A stretch of 62,491 nt of DNA, filler included. It is 14 parts of 14 records of this genome, joined end to end, with 100 filler letters (N's around TTAATTAATTAA, not from the genome) between each part and the next. Parts side by side here need not be neighbours in the genome. Positions count along the whole stretch, not along the records: positions 46,556 to 50,345 come from SRR15195285_10214; positions 50,446 to 55,603 come from SRR15195285_10220; positions 55,704 to 58,751 come from SRR15195285_10223; positions 58,852 to 62,491 come from SRR15195285_10239; 10 more parts are not named here. The stretch is one strand, 5' to 3'. Of this stretch, positions 47,205 to 59,043 are shown in pieces (position 1 is the first letter of the stretch; every line of letters begins with the position of its first letter). The notes beneath the pieces were generated by a model. It had not been told where the DNA came from, searched no databases, and was given only the letters and a program-made list of their open reading frames with translations. Both the position numbers and the translations under genes were made by a program.

Positions 47205-48890
47205 ATGGACGGCTCCGAGTCGGACGAGATGGAGGTGGACGGAGAGGTTTCGCCGGCTGCTCCGGCCGAGACGAGCGGGGCGATCGCGGACAAGAAAGTG
47301 CTGCCGAAGACCGTGCAGCGGTGCGTGACCAATCCTAGCCGCAACCCTGCATACTGCTTCTCTGCGCCCCTGCCTGCAAGGCACACGCTCCGCGAGCTGT
47401 GGAGCTGACGAGACTGTGTGCACTCGTGGCGTGGTAGGCGCCGCCCCTCGCTATCCAACGTGCTTCAGGGCGACAGCAAAGATCCGACTGTGCAGCAGGA
47501 GCTGGCCATGAAGCTCGCCAACGCCGCTGCCGACATGGCCAATGACGCAGGCGGCGCGCCGCGGTACGCGCAGAAAAGCAGCACGAATATGGAGGATGCC
47601 GGCGTGAACTCTCCAGACTCCACACAGATAATCTTGATGCCGCTGATCCTGGTGTTGACGTTTATTCTGTTCATCGTGGTCACGGTCAAGCAGCGGCAGT
47701 TCACCGAGGCAGTCATTGACCGGAACAACTTCGAGATCTACTCCGAGCGCGAGGCAGAGCACGAGCTGCTGAACGAGCCGATTGGCGCCTATGTCGGGTG
47801 TGTGGGGATCATCTTTGCACTCATGTACACCTCTGTGTACAACGACGCGCAGGTCCGGCAGTCCGAGATCCGCAACGCTCTGGCGCAGGAGGCGGGAGGC
47901 GTTCACACGGCCATGCTGCTCGTGCGGACCCTGGACGCGGACGATAACATCAACAAGACACGCGCGCTGCTGTTGTTCTCCTCATACATCGAGAACTTAG
48001 CGACGGAGATTTTCTTCAAATCCCGGAGTCCTAAGAACCACGAGCAGGTGCTCCACTCATCAATCGAGTCTCTCTATGCCGCGATCCCATTCCTTGCCGA
48101 GATCGCGTCGGACGGCGAAGGCGACGAGATGGACCGCGTATTGATCCAGCGGGTGGTGGACGCTTTGAATCGCGTGTGCGAGGCGAGGCATCGACGCGTC
48201 TCAGAAGAACGCCACTCGGTGTCGATGATGACATTCGTGTTCTTGACGGTTCTTGCTGCCTTCACCTTCTATGGCATATCGTTTCTGCAGATGGGAGCGG
48301 GAGGTTTGACCTCATCGGTGGTGATTATGACCGGCGTATCGCTGCTCATGAGCATGGCCGTGCTGGTGAGTTGCGTTGACTTCTGTAGGCACGAGGCACC
48401 AGACCTACGATGAGACTCAGTCCCTTCCTTAGACAGTCTGTGAGCTTCGATAGCTGCGACAGCAGGACCCGTTTTTTGACACTCACCCGATACACCTCCA
48501 CCTAGCAAATGAAACTTACTGCTGGCTCTGACGCCTTTATTTGTCATGGCCGTTGCCATGCTCGTCAATACCTCACAGGCCGACGTGGCGATACCATGGA
48601 AAGGGTTCATTGTCGTCGACACCGGAATCTTTGTCTCGATCCGGAAGGACATCAGCCTTGTGCTGGACCAGGAGCAGGAGGACACTTTGATGGGCGGCGT
48701 CGGGAAGCGCAACAGTGTGGTGATGGGAGAGATAGACGACGATTTGAGGAAACGGATGGCATCGGGCGTGGCAATCAACCAGCATCAACATATCGCTGTT
48801 GCTATGGCGAAGAGACGGGGCTCCACGGCGGGCATGACCAGTACTGACTTCGAGCGCCCCAAGTCGTCCGGCAGCGGCCCAACACCGTGA
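47205..48890 (+). CDS. DUF4239-like membrane protein (3 exons)
   Basis: VGIIFALMYTSVYNDAQ..ALAQEAGGV, R.RR, a TM hairpin, then L/ADVAIPWKGFIVV. Introns 47321-47437 and 48366-48578. Confidence 0.7.
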
Positions 48891-49142
48891 GGGCGCTGCA
48901 GCATGCTGTGCTCTTTCAGAATACCACGCGATCTTCTTTTCCCCCCGTCATCATTTGGCATCTTCTACTACATCGCCAAGCATCCTCTAGAGAGTGCCTG
49001 AGTGGGGGAGATCGGATCCAGAGGGCGTACCGTCTCAAAACAACACAGCACCAGTGCTACTGGCACTGATGAACACAAAAGGCATTCATTTTCAGGCACA
49101 AGTCTCGTTTTGGTGTAGAGTCATGCATATCTTTTGACGTGG

Positions 49143-49199
49143 TATCATCATCTGTGTAGCTGCTCATGTGCGCAGCTGCTTTGGCCAAATGCTGTCATG
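49143..49199 (-). promoter_or_regulatory. SECIS candidate B (type II-like, imperfect)
   Basis: AUGA-N12-AAA, mini-stem AGCUGC/GCAGCU, stem CAUUUG/CAGAUG and 3' UGAU. The register next to the quartet is off by one. Confidence 0.3.
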
Positions 49200-49488
49200 C
49201 TGTTCAGCGATCTTGCGTTGGACTTGTGGCACGCCGTTGTGTGAGCTCGGACAGCAGGCACACCCTTGAGAGCATCGCTACGTTCCAATCGGTATCATGT
49301 CGGTGATACGATTCGGGCGCAACAGCAGTCTCACCGGGCGTGGTTGCTTTCGTCATCGTCATTAGTGCCAAGGTCTATCGCGCCAAGAGTTTCCAACTCC
49401 ACCTCCTGCGCTCGATCGCTTCCAAAGTTTGTACGTTGCTTCGGGCCACGGTCGTCATAGTTGGACTCACGGGGGCTCGTCTCAGGGT

Positions 49489-49557
49489 CGGTCGTTCTAC
49501 TGCGCTGCCGCCTCAACAGGCGTGTCTACCTTGCAGGCGTTCACAGCCACAGGACCG
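49489..49557 (-). promoter_or_regulatory. SECIS candidate A (type I geometry, non-canonical core)
   Basis: CUGUG/CGCAG lower helix, GUGAA core, about 11-bp upper helix CGCCU..AGGCG and apical AGACAC. The 3' core reads GCAG instead of NGAN. Confidence 0.25.
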
Positions 49558-49589
49558 CGTGCTGCATCGGCCTAGTCTGTGGCAACGCT

Positions 49590-50231
49590 CTAAAGCCGCT
49601 GCTGCAGATCACCGATTTTCGCCTGCAACTTGGGACGGGAGAAGCCACTAGATCGAAAGCCAGCCATCGCTTGTTCGTACAGTGACATGGCGGAGACTAG
49701 ATCACTTGCGACCGAACTGCGCTGCAGCTCGTCGCCCTTCTTTACTAGCGGCATCAACCGCTGCTCTAGTTCCTTCAGCGCGGATGGCGCAGTACCTGGC
49801 CCACGCTTCAGTGCAGCTAGTTTCGCGCGCTCGGCCTCCTGCTTCTTTTTTGTGCGTGCCTCCTTCGCCGCCGCCTTTGCTGCCTCGCAGCCCTTACTGC
49901 CGCTGCTGGCGGCGGACGCACCGGCACCGTCGGAGTTATCGCCGCCTCCGCCTCGGGCTCCTACGGCCCGCTCGAGGTCGCTGAGATCCATGCCTTTGAC
50001 GCGGTTCTGCGCCGCACTCCAGATCGTCGCGCCGGACGCATCACTTGTCACGACGATGGCGCCCTTGTTCCCCTTCTTCTCCGCCTTGACCTGGATGCCC
50101 GCCTTGCCTCGGAGGATCGCGCCCTTGACGAGCTCGAACTCCGAGTTCCCATCTCACTTGCTGCAGTACGCAACCGTCACGCTGCGCAGCGCCCCGCCGC
50201 CAGCGCCGCCGCTCTTCTTCTCGCGCCCCAT
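49590..50231 (-). CDS. Rdx-family (SelW/SelH/SelT-like) selenoprotein, 213 aa, with Sec at codon 26 and a C-terminal helical domain
   Basis: ATG 50231 gives MGREKKSGGAGGGALRSVTVAYCSK-UGA(50154-50156)-DGNSEFELVKGAILRGKAGIQVKAEKKGNKGAIVVTSDASGATIWS.., in frame with ORF 49590-50051. This matches the VxVxYCxxU motif and the downstream G-x-hydrophobic-x-V..IWS Rdx pattern. Confidence 0.82.
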
Positions 50232-50445
50232 CGACCGTCCGCTCAGCGCCTCACAGACCCGCCGCAGGTGCCACAGCGGAGCCACAGCTCGCTGCTCGGT
50301 CGAGGCGATACCGTATAGACTGAGACCGAGTTCGATGGCACCCCTNNNNNNNNNNNNNNNNNNNNNNNNNNNNNNNNNNNNNNNNNNNNTTAATTAATTA
50401 ANNNNNNNNNNNNNNNNNNNNNNNNNNNNNNNNNNNNNNNNNNNN

Positions 50446-50849
50446 GACTCACTTCATGACTCACTTTTCGTGACGAAAATGCTTGGCTGTGGCGCGCCAG
50501 CGACGCATTGTACCCCTGTATCTACCTCTGCTGCTCTACAGGTCGCGCTGCGCGGAACGCAAGCTTCGCCCAGAGACGAGATGCAGGGGGCACATCGGGC
50601 GATGGCCGCTGCCAGTGTCAGTCTGCGTGTTATCCCTTGCATCAGGCCGGACGGGAGAACCAACCGGGTCTATTTATGAATCGCTCCACACTTGAGATGC
50701 TTCTGTCGACGATTGTGGAACAGGGGGCAGATGGGTTGGTCATCTGGGGAGCTAAGCCTGACGCAGTGCCTGGGGAGAAGTGCGAAGTGTTTGAAAGCTG
50801 GCTAAATGATTGTGACGTTGGGCCCACTGTTGGGGGCATTAATACATGA
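50446..50849 (+). pseudogene. 3' part of a hyaluronidase-like GH56 gene, apparently disrupted by indels
   Basis: ENAWLWRASDALYPCIYL and TIVEQGADGLVIWG match GH56 WLWxxSxALYPSIYL and GAxGxVIWG. The segment between them fits better in another frame, and there is an in-frame TGA at 50457. Confidence 0.6.
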
Positions 50850-50978
50850 TTCTGCCTCAGCGTGACGTTGCTGCGCTGCTTGCCTGAACCTGTCGCTACT
50901 CTGTACTCAGCTGCTTGCCGGCAAAGTCGCCGGTTGCGGTCCTCCCGGGTCTTCTTGCATATCTCCTCTATCTCTGAT

Positions 50979-53900
50979 TCACAGAGAGTCTGTCTGTCCC
51001 GAGTATGTGTGCAATGATTTGCGTACATCCGCCGCCCTCTGGTTCCAATTTGCGTGTCGCGTGGCCTCGGTAGCACGCTCCAGAATCTCTTTTAAGTCAT
51101 CGGCGTCTCGGTGTGTCTTTACCCCTTGGAAGAGGCAGATTGCCGCCACAATTCCACGGACGTGGCATTCTACAGACATGGAGTTCTGTTGCACAACCTT
51201 CTGCGCACCATGGAGGGAGGAGTCCTCTGTCAAGTCCTGAAGCATATCAGCGGCCTTGCTTAGCACTGCCTTTGGCTCAATCGTCGGCAGAGAGTCGATT
51301 CCCTGAAACGCCGCGGTCGCTGAGGCAAAGAAGTCGCTCTCAGCATTTTCACCCACCAGCAGCGGCAAGACGGCCTTGACTGCACCTCTCTCATGAAGCT
51401 CGAGCGTCATGAGCCACTCCAGTAGAACGTTGTCGACTACCGTCTCGCTGGCACCGAGCATCGATCGAAGCGCTCCGGTCGAGACGATTGGCATGACAAC
51501 AAGAGAATTCGAAAGCCCCTCAAGAAATCCCTTATCCCATCGCTGGCCGTCGATCAGCCGAGCCTGATCAAGGTAGATGCGCAGGCGTCGCTTGTCGCCG
51601 CTGCAGTCCTCTGACGGCTTCTCCACCGAGGACAGCGCATCGAAAAGACGTCTGGCAAGTGGTGCATCTGATTGGACTCTGTAGCTTATGAACACATCGT
51701 ACTGCAGCTGCACCACGGACTCCAATCGATCGAAATAGCTGCGCAGCAATTCCATATCGTCACGGCTTGCCAGCCCAAGCTGGAGCAAAAGAAACGCTCG
51801 CCTCTCTTGAGACAGTAAATCGGCCTCGGCTTCCGCCTCGGCACCTTTTTGCACGCTGAAAAGGGCCGAGCTTAAGAGGCGCCATTTTGCGTGTACGGCG
51901 ACGATAAACATCACAAGGACAGCTAATACACTCGATAGCAGCGCCGTATCGTAGATGGTAATGACGTTGTCCTGTTGTGCTGTCGATGCACTTCCATCGC
52001 GCGCATTCACTCCGAAAACGGCTATTGCGGTCGTCACGGAAGCAAAGATCTGTATCTCTGTTGCCAATTTAAGCAAATTGTCAGAAGGGTGCTTGTAGGG
52101 CTCGAAGTAAACCTGCAACGAGAGTGACAACATAGCAACGAAGACTGCAATGTAGAGCTGCAGGGTTGTGCCACGCCCTGCCACAACAAGCAAACCGACC
52201 AGGAACAATTTTCGGAGGAGGTCGACCCCTTCCCAGTAGTTGAGATGACTGTGAAACGCATTGATCAAGAAGCTGTACTGGCTGGCCGTCGCCACATCAC
52301 AAATGGCGGAGGCCGCTTCCTTTTCATTGCACTCAAGTTCTGCGGCAACCCTTGTCGCAACAAACTTGTCAACTACTGAGACCTGGTACTTCTTCTTATT
52401 GTTGACAATCATGAAAACTAGGCCACCTGGAGTTCCGAGACAGAACAAGACGACGACCAATCCCGCTACGGCCTGGTATGTAAAGTGCTCCGATGTGTAG
52501 CAGTCCTCCTCAAAGGCAGTCACTAGGACGCTGAACCTGCCGAGGTTTCGGCAGACGAATAGGGCAAACGTCCTATTGCAAATTCCAGGGAAGAGAAGAA
52601 ACAATACCAAGAAAAGCTCCTCGTTCAGGCGCGCAGATTCTTTGGCAATGGCAAACCGAACCAGGACGAATCCTACGCAGAGCGCAGGTAGGACCAGTAC
52701 TCGTATCACCCACGCGGCATAAAACGAGACGGACACCACGCACCTCACTTGTAAGATGGATTCCACGTCGACGACCAGCACAGCCATCGCGTCGAATAAG
52801 CGTTTTGTATACCCTGGAAACTCGGTATCAAGCACAATACCTAGGTGGGTTACAATTTGCAGGTAGCCGACGATGATGCGACCGGGTTGAAGGACCGAGT
52901 GAAACAGTAAGTACACGGTCGTCGAGCCACAGATTGTAATCGGACTGTACTCGGTAGACTCGGGTGTGGCCTCGCTGCTGTTGGCTGTGGCATTAGAAAC
53001 GGGATTGGTACGCGCGTGGTCTCCGTCTGCGTCTTCGTTTGCACTGTCGGCACGCTGAGCCTCTGAGGAAATTACTACAGCTTTTGCTTTGCCCACATCA
53101 ATCCAGAGCTTGACCATCAACAACACGCTTGCGATCACAACAAGCAAAGGCAGTGCACTGTCAGTTGCTGTGCATGGCTCGCACTGGTGGCCACTGATTT
53201 GCGTGTAGCCAGTGGCGCACACAGCGCAAAGAACGCCGGTGTACCCATGCTTCGTATGACAGCGTCCGCCTGCTAGACATGCTTCCGGGTGAGGACACCG
53301 AAATAGTATTGGAGAGATTCCATCAACCAGGAAACTCTCAGGCAATTGCGGTGATGACCAGCCAGCGCTGACGGCTGGGCCACCTTGATCGTTGAGCTCT
53401 AAGCATGTCCCACTCGCGGAGAGAGACGTACATACCGCCGTGTTCGCGTTCGGTTCGTTCCAAGAGTAATCCTCTACTTCATATGGAATGCAGCTGATTG
53501 TCCTTCCAGCAGTAGAGTTGTACGTCCCCACATCACACAAACATCCGGTGTTGTCGTTCGTTGATCGAGTGCCCTCAACACATGGTAGACAGATTGTCTG
53601 TCCTGTGTCAGCGGCGTACGACCCGTGATCACATGGATTGCAAATACCGATCATACTGGCCTGGCCCGGTGAGCAGGGCACACATTCCGTCGCGGCTTCG
53701 TTTGGCTCAGTTCCCGGAGCACAGACGTAGCACCGGTCTCCGTCGCCGACTTCGTTGACTGCGCATCTGGTACAAAACCGAGAGCTGTCGAATAGTTGAC
53801 AGCTGTATCCAGGCGCGCACGGTAGCGTGGTGCACGATTCAAGTCGGCCTCCTTCCAACACGACGTTGTTGCCCATCTCTGCTCTTTCGTCCACGGCAGC

Positions 53901-55603
53901 AAATGAAGTGTTTTGTACAGCGACACTAGGCACAGACGCGGTCCAGATTTGAGCTCCGACACCAGCACTGTTTGAGCTGAAAACGCAGTCCGTTATCATC
54001 GCAGAGCCCGTTGTCATAATTGCCAATGCGCCACCTTGCCCAGTACGCACTGAGAAGTCAGTGTGCGACCACAAGTACGATAGCCCATCGAAACGGCAAG
54101 TGGGCAGCGTTCCGACGGCACAGGGACACACGACGTGCCCAGAGTTTTTGGATCCCTGATTGCAGCCACCTTTCTCTCTTTGGAAGCCGTTGGATGGGTC
54201 CCGTGGATTCTGGGTCACACCTGGCGCATTGCGATTATCACTAAATCGAGGGTATACGCGAGGGACCACATCAGGTATGTCTATCCATCCATCTCCTTCC
54301 CAGATCGGCATCACTTGCTGTGTTCCCAGACGGACGCCGTGCCAGAGACGGTACCGCCCTTCAGGCAGGCTGACCACCTCGGTGTACAGGTGGAACGGGT
54401 AATACTGATCCACTCCTTGGATTTCTACGTCCATGCCATGCTGTGGGCTAATCAGTGTCCCGTTATCCCGATGGTAGACTCCACCCGCCGCAAGTAAATC
54501 ATCATCTGCAGGCCCAATATACCACACAGGCGACGCGTATTCGCGTCCATCGCTTGGAAAGCCACCAGCGCCGGAGAACAAACGCACGGTGATGTCCTGA
54601 ACTGGTGCATCGGTTCGGAGCACAGCGTTGCGATTGAATACGATAGATACCATCTGAAGCGCCCCTTCAGCACGGTAGGTAAGTGCTCCACCGGTGTGGA
54701 AGGCACGATTACCCTCAAATACGCTGTGCGAAATCTCAGCTCGGCCTGGCCCTTTGATTGCAAGAGCTCCTCCTGACGCGGCCATGTTTTCGACGAAGGT
54801 GCAGTAGCTGATCTGAGCAAGCGTACTGACATACAGCCACACCGTCCCAAATGCTGCGCTTGTGCCCTGATTCTCTGCCATGGTCCCACTGTGCGCTACG
54901 TGCGTGTGCTTGAGGGTGACCGAATCCACCCAGAACATGATGATCGCTAAGTACTCGTGAGTGGGATCCTCTCCGATTACTCTATTTACCACCAGGTTGT
55001 CTGTGGTGACGTTGAAGGTGCCCGAGTGCAGGCTCTGCTGGTTAGAGAACCAAAGACCATGAAACTGAAAATGGACGTCTTCGACAAGCACGTCCTGATG
55101 CAAAATATCCATGAAAGCATCCTCTCTCGCATCCATACATGCATTCACGCCAAATCCGTTGATGATCAACCCAGTGTGGTGTGAGCTATGAGAGTGCGAG
55201 ATGATTGTTCGGATCATGTGGAACTTGCTGTCAGCACCATACATGAGGTTGTCGCCCCGGATATTGCAATACAAGAGACCATTGACCACCACGCCGATAT
55301 AAGCACCGTTGTCAAAAAACTGGCTGTCTTCCACGATAATCCGGATCGGCCACGCGTTATTCAATCTCATGACTCCGCCTGCCCACACTGCAACATTTGC
55401 CCAAAACGTCGAATTCGTGATCCGGATTTCGAGACCGCCGCGACCTCCATCAGGGTGACCGCCGACCTCACCCTGCGCAGGGCGCGCACTGTCAAGGTAG
55501 TACCGCCCATCAACAGCGAATACCCCGCCTGAGGTCGCGAAGTTGTGATCAGCAACGCAGTGATCGAACACGATCTTCGCGCCGTGGCCGCCGTTGTACT
55601 GCA
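50979..55603 (-). CDS. Receptor with Pmp-like beta-helix ectodomain, Cys-rich (GCC2/TNFR-like) repeats, about 7TM core and cytoplasmic TIR domain (5' truncated)
   Basis: FxxN..GGA repeats; CxxCxxG repeats; GYTGVLCAVCATGY; GYLQIV and FLINAF..YWEGVDLLRK, PYK..DNLL; TIR YDVFISYR..IYLD..WDKGFLEGL..VMPIVS..DNVLLEW. Confidence 0.85.
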
Positions 55604-55703
55604 NNNNNNNNNNNNNNNNNNNNNNNNNNNNNNNNNNNNNNNNNNNNTTAATTAATTAANNNNNNNNNNNNNNNNNNNNNNNNNNNNNNNNNNNNNNNNN
55701 NNN

Positions 55704-56469
55704 AAACTCGTACTTGGTGCACTGTAAAATTGCGAAAAAGACTTTGGAGGTGCACGAGGCCAGCACTGGCACGAAGTTTGGGCTGAAAGAGCGACAGGAG
55801 CTGTGTGTTGCAGCTAGCCGCAGAACCACATCCATTCCCATGTTTCGTTATACAGAAATGACTTGAACAAGTCAACGTGCGCCGTTCGCTCGAGCTGACA
55901 GACTGCCGAAATTTGCGATTTGTTCTCAACACAGGTACGAGAAAAAGGGTGGCTCAGCTGCCCGTTTGACGAAGCGTATTGGTTCGACGTATACCGCGTC
56001 GGTCTTTGTCAATCTGTACTCGCTGCTCTGCTCGATTCCGCAAGAGGAGATGAAAGGAAAGCGGGTCTCAGTGTTTTCGTACGGATCAGGCTCGGCATCC
56101 ACGATGTACCATCTCGAGGCACGGGGTGAAGTCAAGATAGACCGTACCGTGTTTGATCGGCTGTCGTCACGACAGAAGATTACTGTACGCCTGCTGCCCA
56201 GCCTGCCCTGTCTCTGTCCTGGCGCTGTGTGCCAACTACGGTTTCTTGGTATCTTAACTCATGCCGTGCTGCTCCAATATGGGACTGAACTGCAGGTGGC
56301 TCAATTTCACACTCTTGCGGATGCGTATTCGAATATGTACGGAGTGAAAGACTGGAAGGCACCATCACCACCGCAAGGGCAACCGGTCGAATACCCACGA
56401 GACTGCGTACTCGAGGCAATTGACGAGTTTGGGGTGCGACAATACTCAGAATCAAGCTCGAAGCAGTGA
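55704..56469 (+). CDS. HMGS: HMG-CoA synthase, C-terminal part (5' truncated, about 2 introns)
   Basis: RIGSTYTASVFVNLYSLL, GKRVSVFSYGSGSAST and LEAIDEFGVRQY. Confidence 0.85.
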
Positions 56470-56561
56470 CAGTGGAATGGAGAAGCTTTGCTACACGATG
56501 ATGGATTCGATGAGCACATAAATCCGAGCTGGTGACAATGTCAGCGGTTGCACCAGCTGCC

Positions 56562-58751
56562 CTAGTACCACGGATACCCTCGACAACTTGGATTGCTCAT
56601 CCATCTTGCCGTGTACCATGGCACGACTGGAGCGCTCGCATTGCTTCTCTCGGAATGCTGGGACACTTGGGCTCGTGATGGCGGGGTGCCTGCCGGGTTC
56701 CACGCCTCATCACTGTAGAACTTACCGGGCGTACCCATCGGAAGCGCCCACCACTCGCTAATCGCCTGCTGCATGGTCTTGCCACCGACTGTAATCTGAT
56801 TCCAGACGCCAGATAGTTGTCGCTTCACCTTTCCGGCGGCTTGCGGCGTCGTAGAGAAGGATTCCTCGAAATACGAACCCAAGTAGCACTGCATGCATGA
56901 TCGAACTAGTGAGGAACGAGAGAGTGTCGTCTAAGTACTCAAAGACACACCCGTCTTTCGACGGCACACAAGACAACCCCTAGTGGGGAAGGACGGGAGC
57001 TCGGCAGACTGCATGCAGCAAGCCGCACCTGATGAAAAAATCCACCGCCGCCGTTTTTGCTTTTGGCCGCCGTCTGGTACAGCGAGACGTACTCATTTTG
57101 CGCTGGCGCCCACCAAGAATTAATGATGGCAGGGTTGCACAGATCTGGATACTGCACGCAAGTGTACTGGTCTCTGAAGTAGTTTCCGCGCTCAGAACAA
57201 GCTACTTGCAGAATGTTGCCGCTCGGTTGCCCCTCATACGCGCACTGTACATCCCAGGTCGCGACCATCTGGTTTACTGCAAAGAGGTCGGTCTTGACAG
57301 TTTCTAGCATGTCTTGTGGATAGAGTGAGCTAGGTCTGTGACGTCATTATACAGCATGCCGCACAGAGTTCCACACTCGAAGTCAGCCACCGCAAACGTC
57401 AAATGATGAAAAGATCGTAATGGCAGCGATTGGAATTCACTCACGTGGTGATCGATGCAAGTGACGCGAGGTTGGTCAAAGCGGTCTGGTACCAGGACGG
57501 GATCAGATGGCTGCCGGTACCGTTGTAACAGTCTGCAGTGAGTGGCTTAGGGCAGCAGTTTTTGCCCATTATGCCGGCGGTGCAGAACAGAGTCTGGCGT
57601 AAATTCGGGCGCAGGCCATCGACAGGCAACGCCTTGAAAACTTGTAGACCCGGTGCCACGGTCTTGATGGTAGAATGCCACGTGTCCGCTGTAAGGTACA
57701 CTTGTTGCCCACCCGATCCGAATCCTGTCAAGAGAACCTTCGTCGCCTTGCTGAGCCCAAGTTTCGCGAGGATCTGTACGCTCTCCCCTAGAATTTGCTT
57801 ACCTTGAAACGTCATGACAGCGGCATCATGTGGTGGCTTGAGGGGCGGGTGGAGCTCACTGCCCTTCACAATGGCATCGCCAAGCCCAAATGAAAAATCG
57901 CAGGTTGAGACCCTGACTTGGTTGGCCTGGCAGAAATCAGGGTTGGTCGTACAATTCTGACCCGTGATTGAGTTCCCACCGTTGATTGGAACAGGCGGAG
58001 ATGGTGAGCCAGCTGGTGGAGCCGACCCATTCGCAGCTCCAAACATCGCACATGTGTCATTCGAGATGCAGAAGCCGACGCTGGGACTAGGTCCACCAAT
58101 CTGAATGAGCCATGTCGTCGAGGGCGAAGGGTTGACCCAGGCGGAAACCGAAGCCACAGCGCCATTGAGGCACTTCGCGGTCGGCAAGGGATGCACGGTG
58201 TAATTCGCTGGCGGGCCCGGAGCAGGTGTGGGTGGCCCCGGTGGAGCGGGTGAGGGCGGCGACGGCGGCGGCGGGGACGGCGGCGGGGGGGACGGCGGCG
58301 GTGGCTGCGGGGACGGTGGTGGCGAAGGGGGTGCTGGAGCTGGGGTTGGCGATGGTGGGTGTGCGTGCATTAAGTAACCCGAGGTGAATCTCGCGTCCGC
58401 CTTAGTGTTGCAACCTGACGGACACGCCCAGCCCTTGTTGCCAGAATCGCGTTTGTGAGCGTTTAGCTGCTCAAACGTCGCGCCTTTCAAATGGCAGGCT
58501 GGTGTTCCAAAGTTAACGGTGGTCCACGAGTTGCAGCGGGTGTCCGCCTCACACTTCGAGCAGCACTGGTCAGGTGGCGTATTTGGCAGCATCTGGAGAT
58601 CAGGAAAGTAGGTCCCGAATGAGGTCGACGGCAGCACAGTGCAGGTACCAGGTGGAGGAGGCGGTGCCTCGGAGAATAGTGGCGCTGTATCCAGCCGGCC
58701 GCCAGCTGGTGCACATGTACAAGGTATAGTCAGCGTGAGGACGGCAAGCAG
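56562..58751 (-). CDS. Secreted PAN/apple-domain, Pro-linker, pectin-acetylesterase/Notum-like protein with degenerate catalytic motifs
   Basis: Signal remnant LLAVLTLTIPCTCA; PAN CCSKC..CNSWT..CHLK; AKCLNG, NPDFCQANQVRVSTCD, FQGKQIL, LSKATKVLLTGFGSGG and C-terminal NPSC. Introns near 57365-57445 and 56890-57030. Confidence 0.75.
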
Positions 58752-58851
58752 NNNNNNNNNNNNNNNNNNNNNNNNNNNNNNNNNNNNNNNNNNNNTTAAT
58801 TAATTAANNNNNNNNNNNNNNNNNNNNNNNNNNNNNNNNNNNNNNNNNNNN

Positions 58852-58881
58852 GGGCATAAGGGCCTTATGCCCGGTGTCACG
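58852..58881 (+). repeat. Left terminal inverted repeat with internal hairpin
   Basis: GGGCATAAGG-G-CCTTATGCCC-GG-TGTCACG forms the first bases of the contig. Confidence 0.9.
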
Positions 58882-59043
58882 AGACAAGGCCACCCGCGAG
58901 GCAAGGGTGTCACAAAGCGGCAGGTTGTAAAAAATTGCCCGAGCTGCAGATTGCCTAGTACATGGTCTTGCGAAAGTCTCAACATAGTTCAACATTATTG
59001 TGAAAACGATGCGGTTTACCAAACGTTGAGCTACTTGGCCTGG

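Noticed and set aside
16113-55603. Immune gene cluster or defence island formed by the NLR and the TIR receptor
   Set aside because: The genes lie on different contigs joined artificially, so linkage cannot be inferred.
4188-58851. Regularly recurring TTAATTAATTAA as a biological repeat or array
   Set aside because: It is always centred in 44+44 Ns, so it is an artificial concatenation linker.
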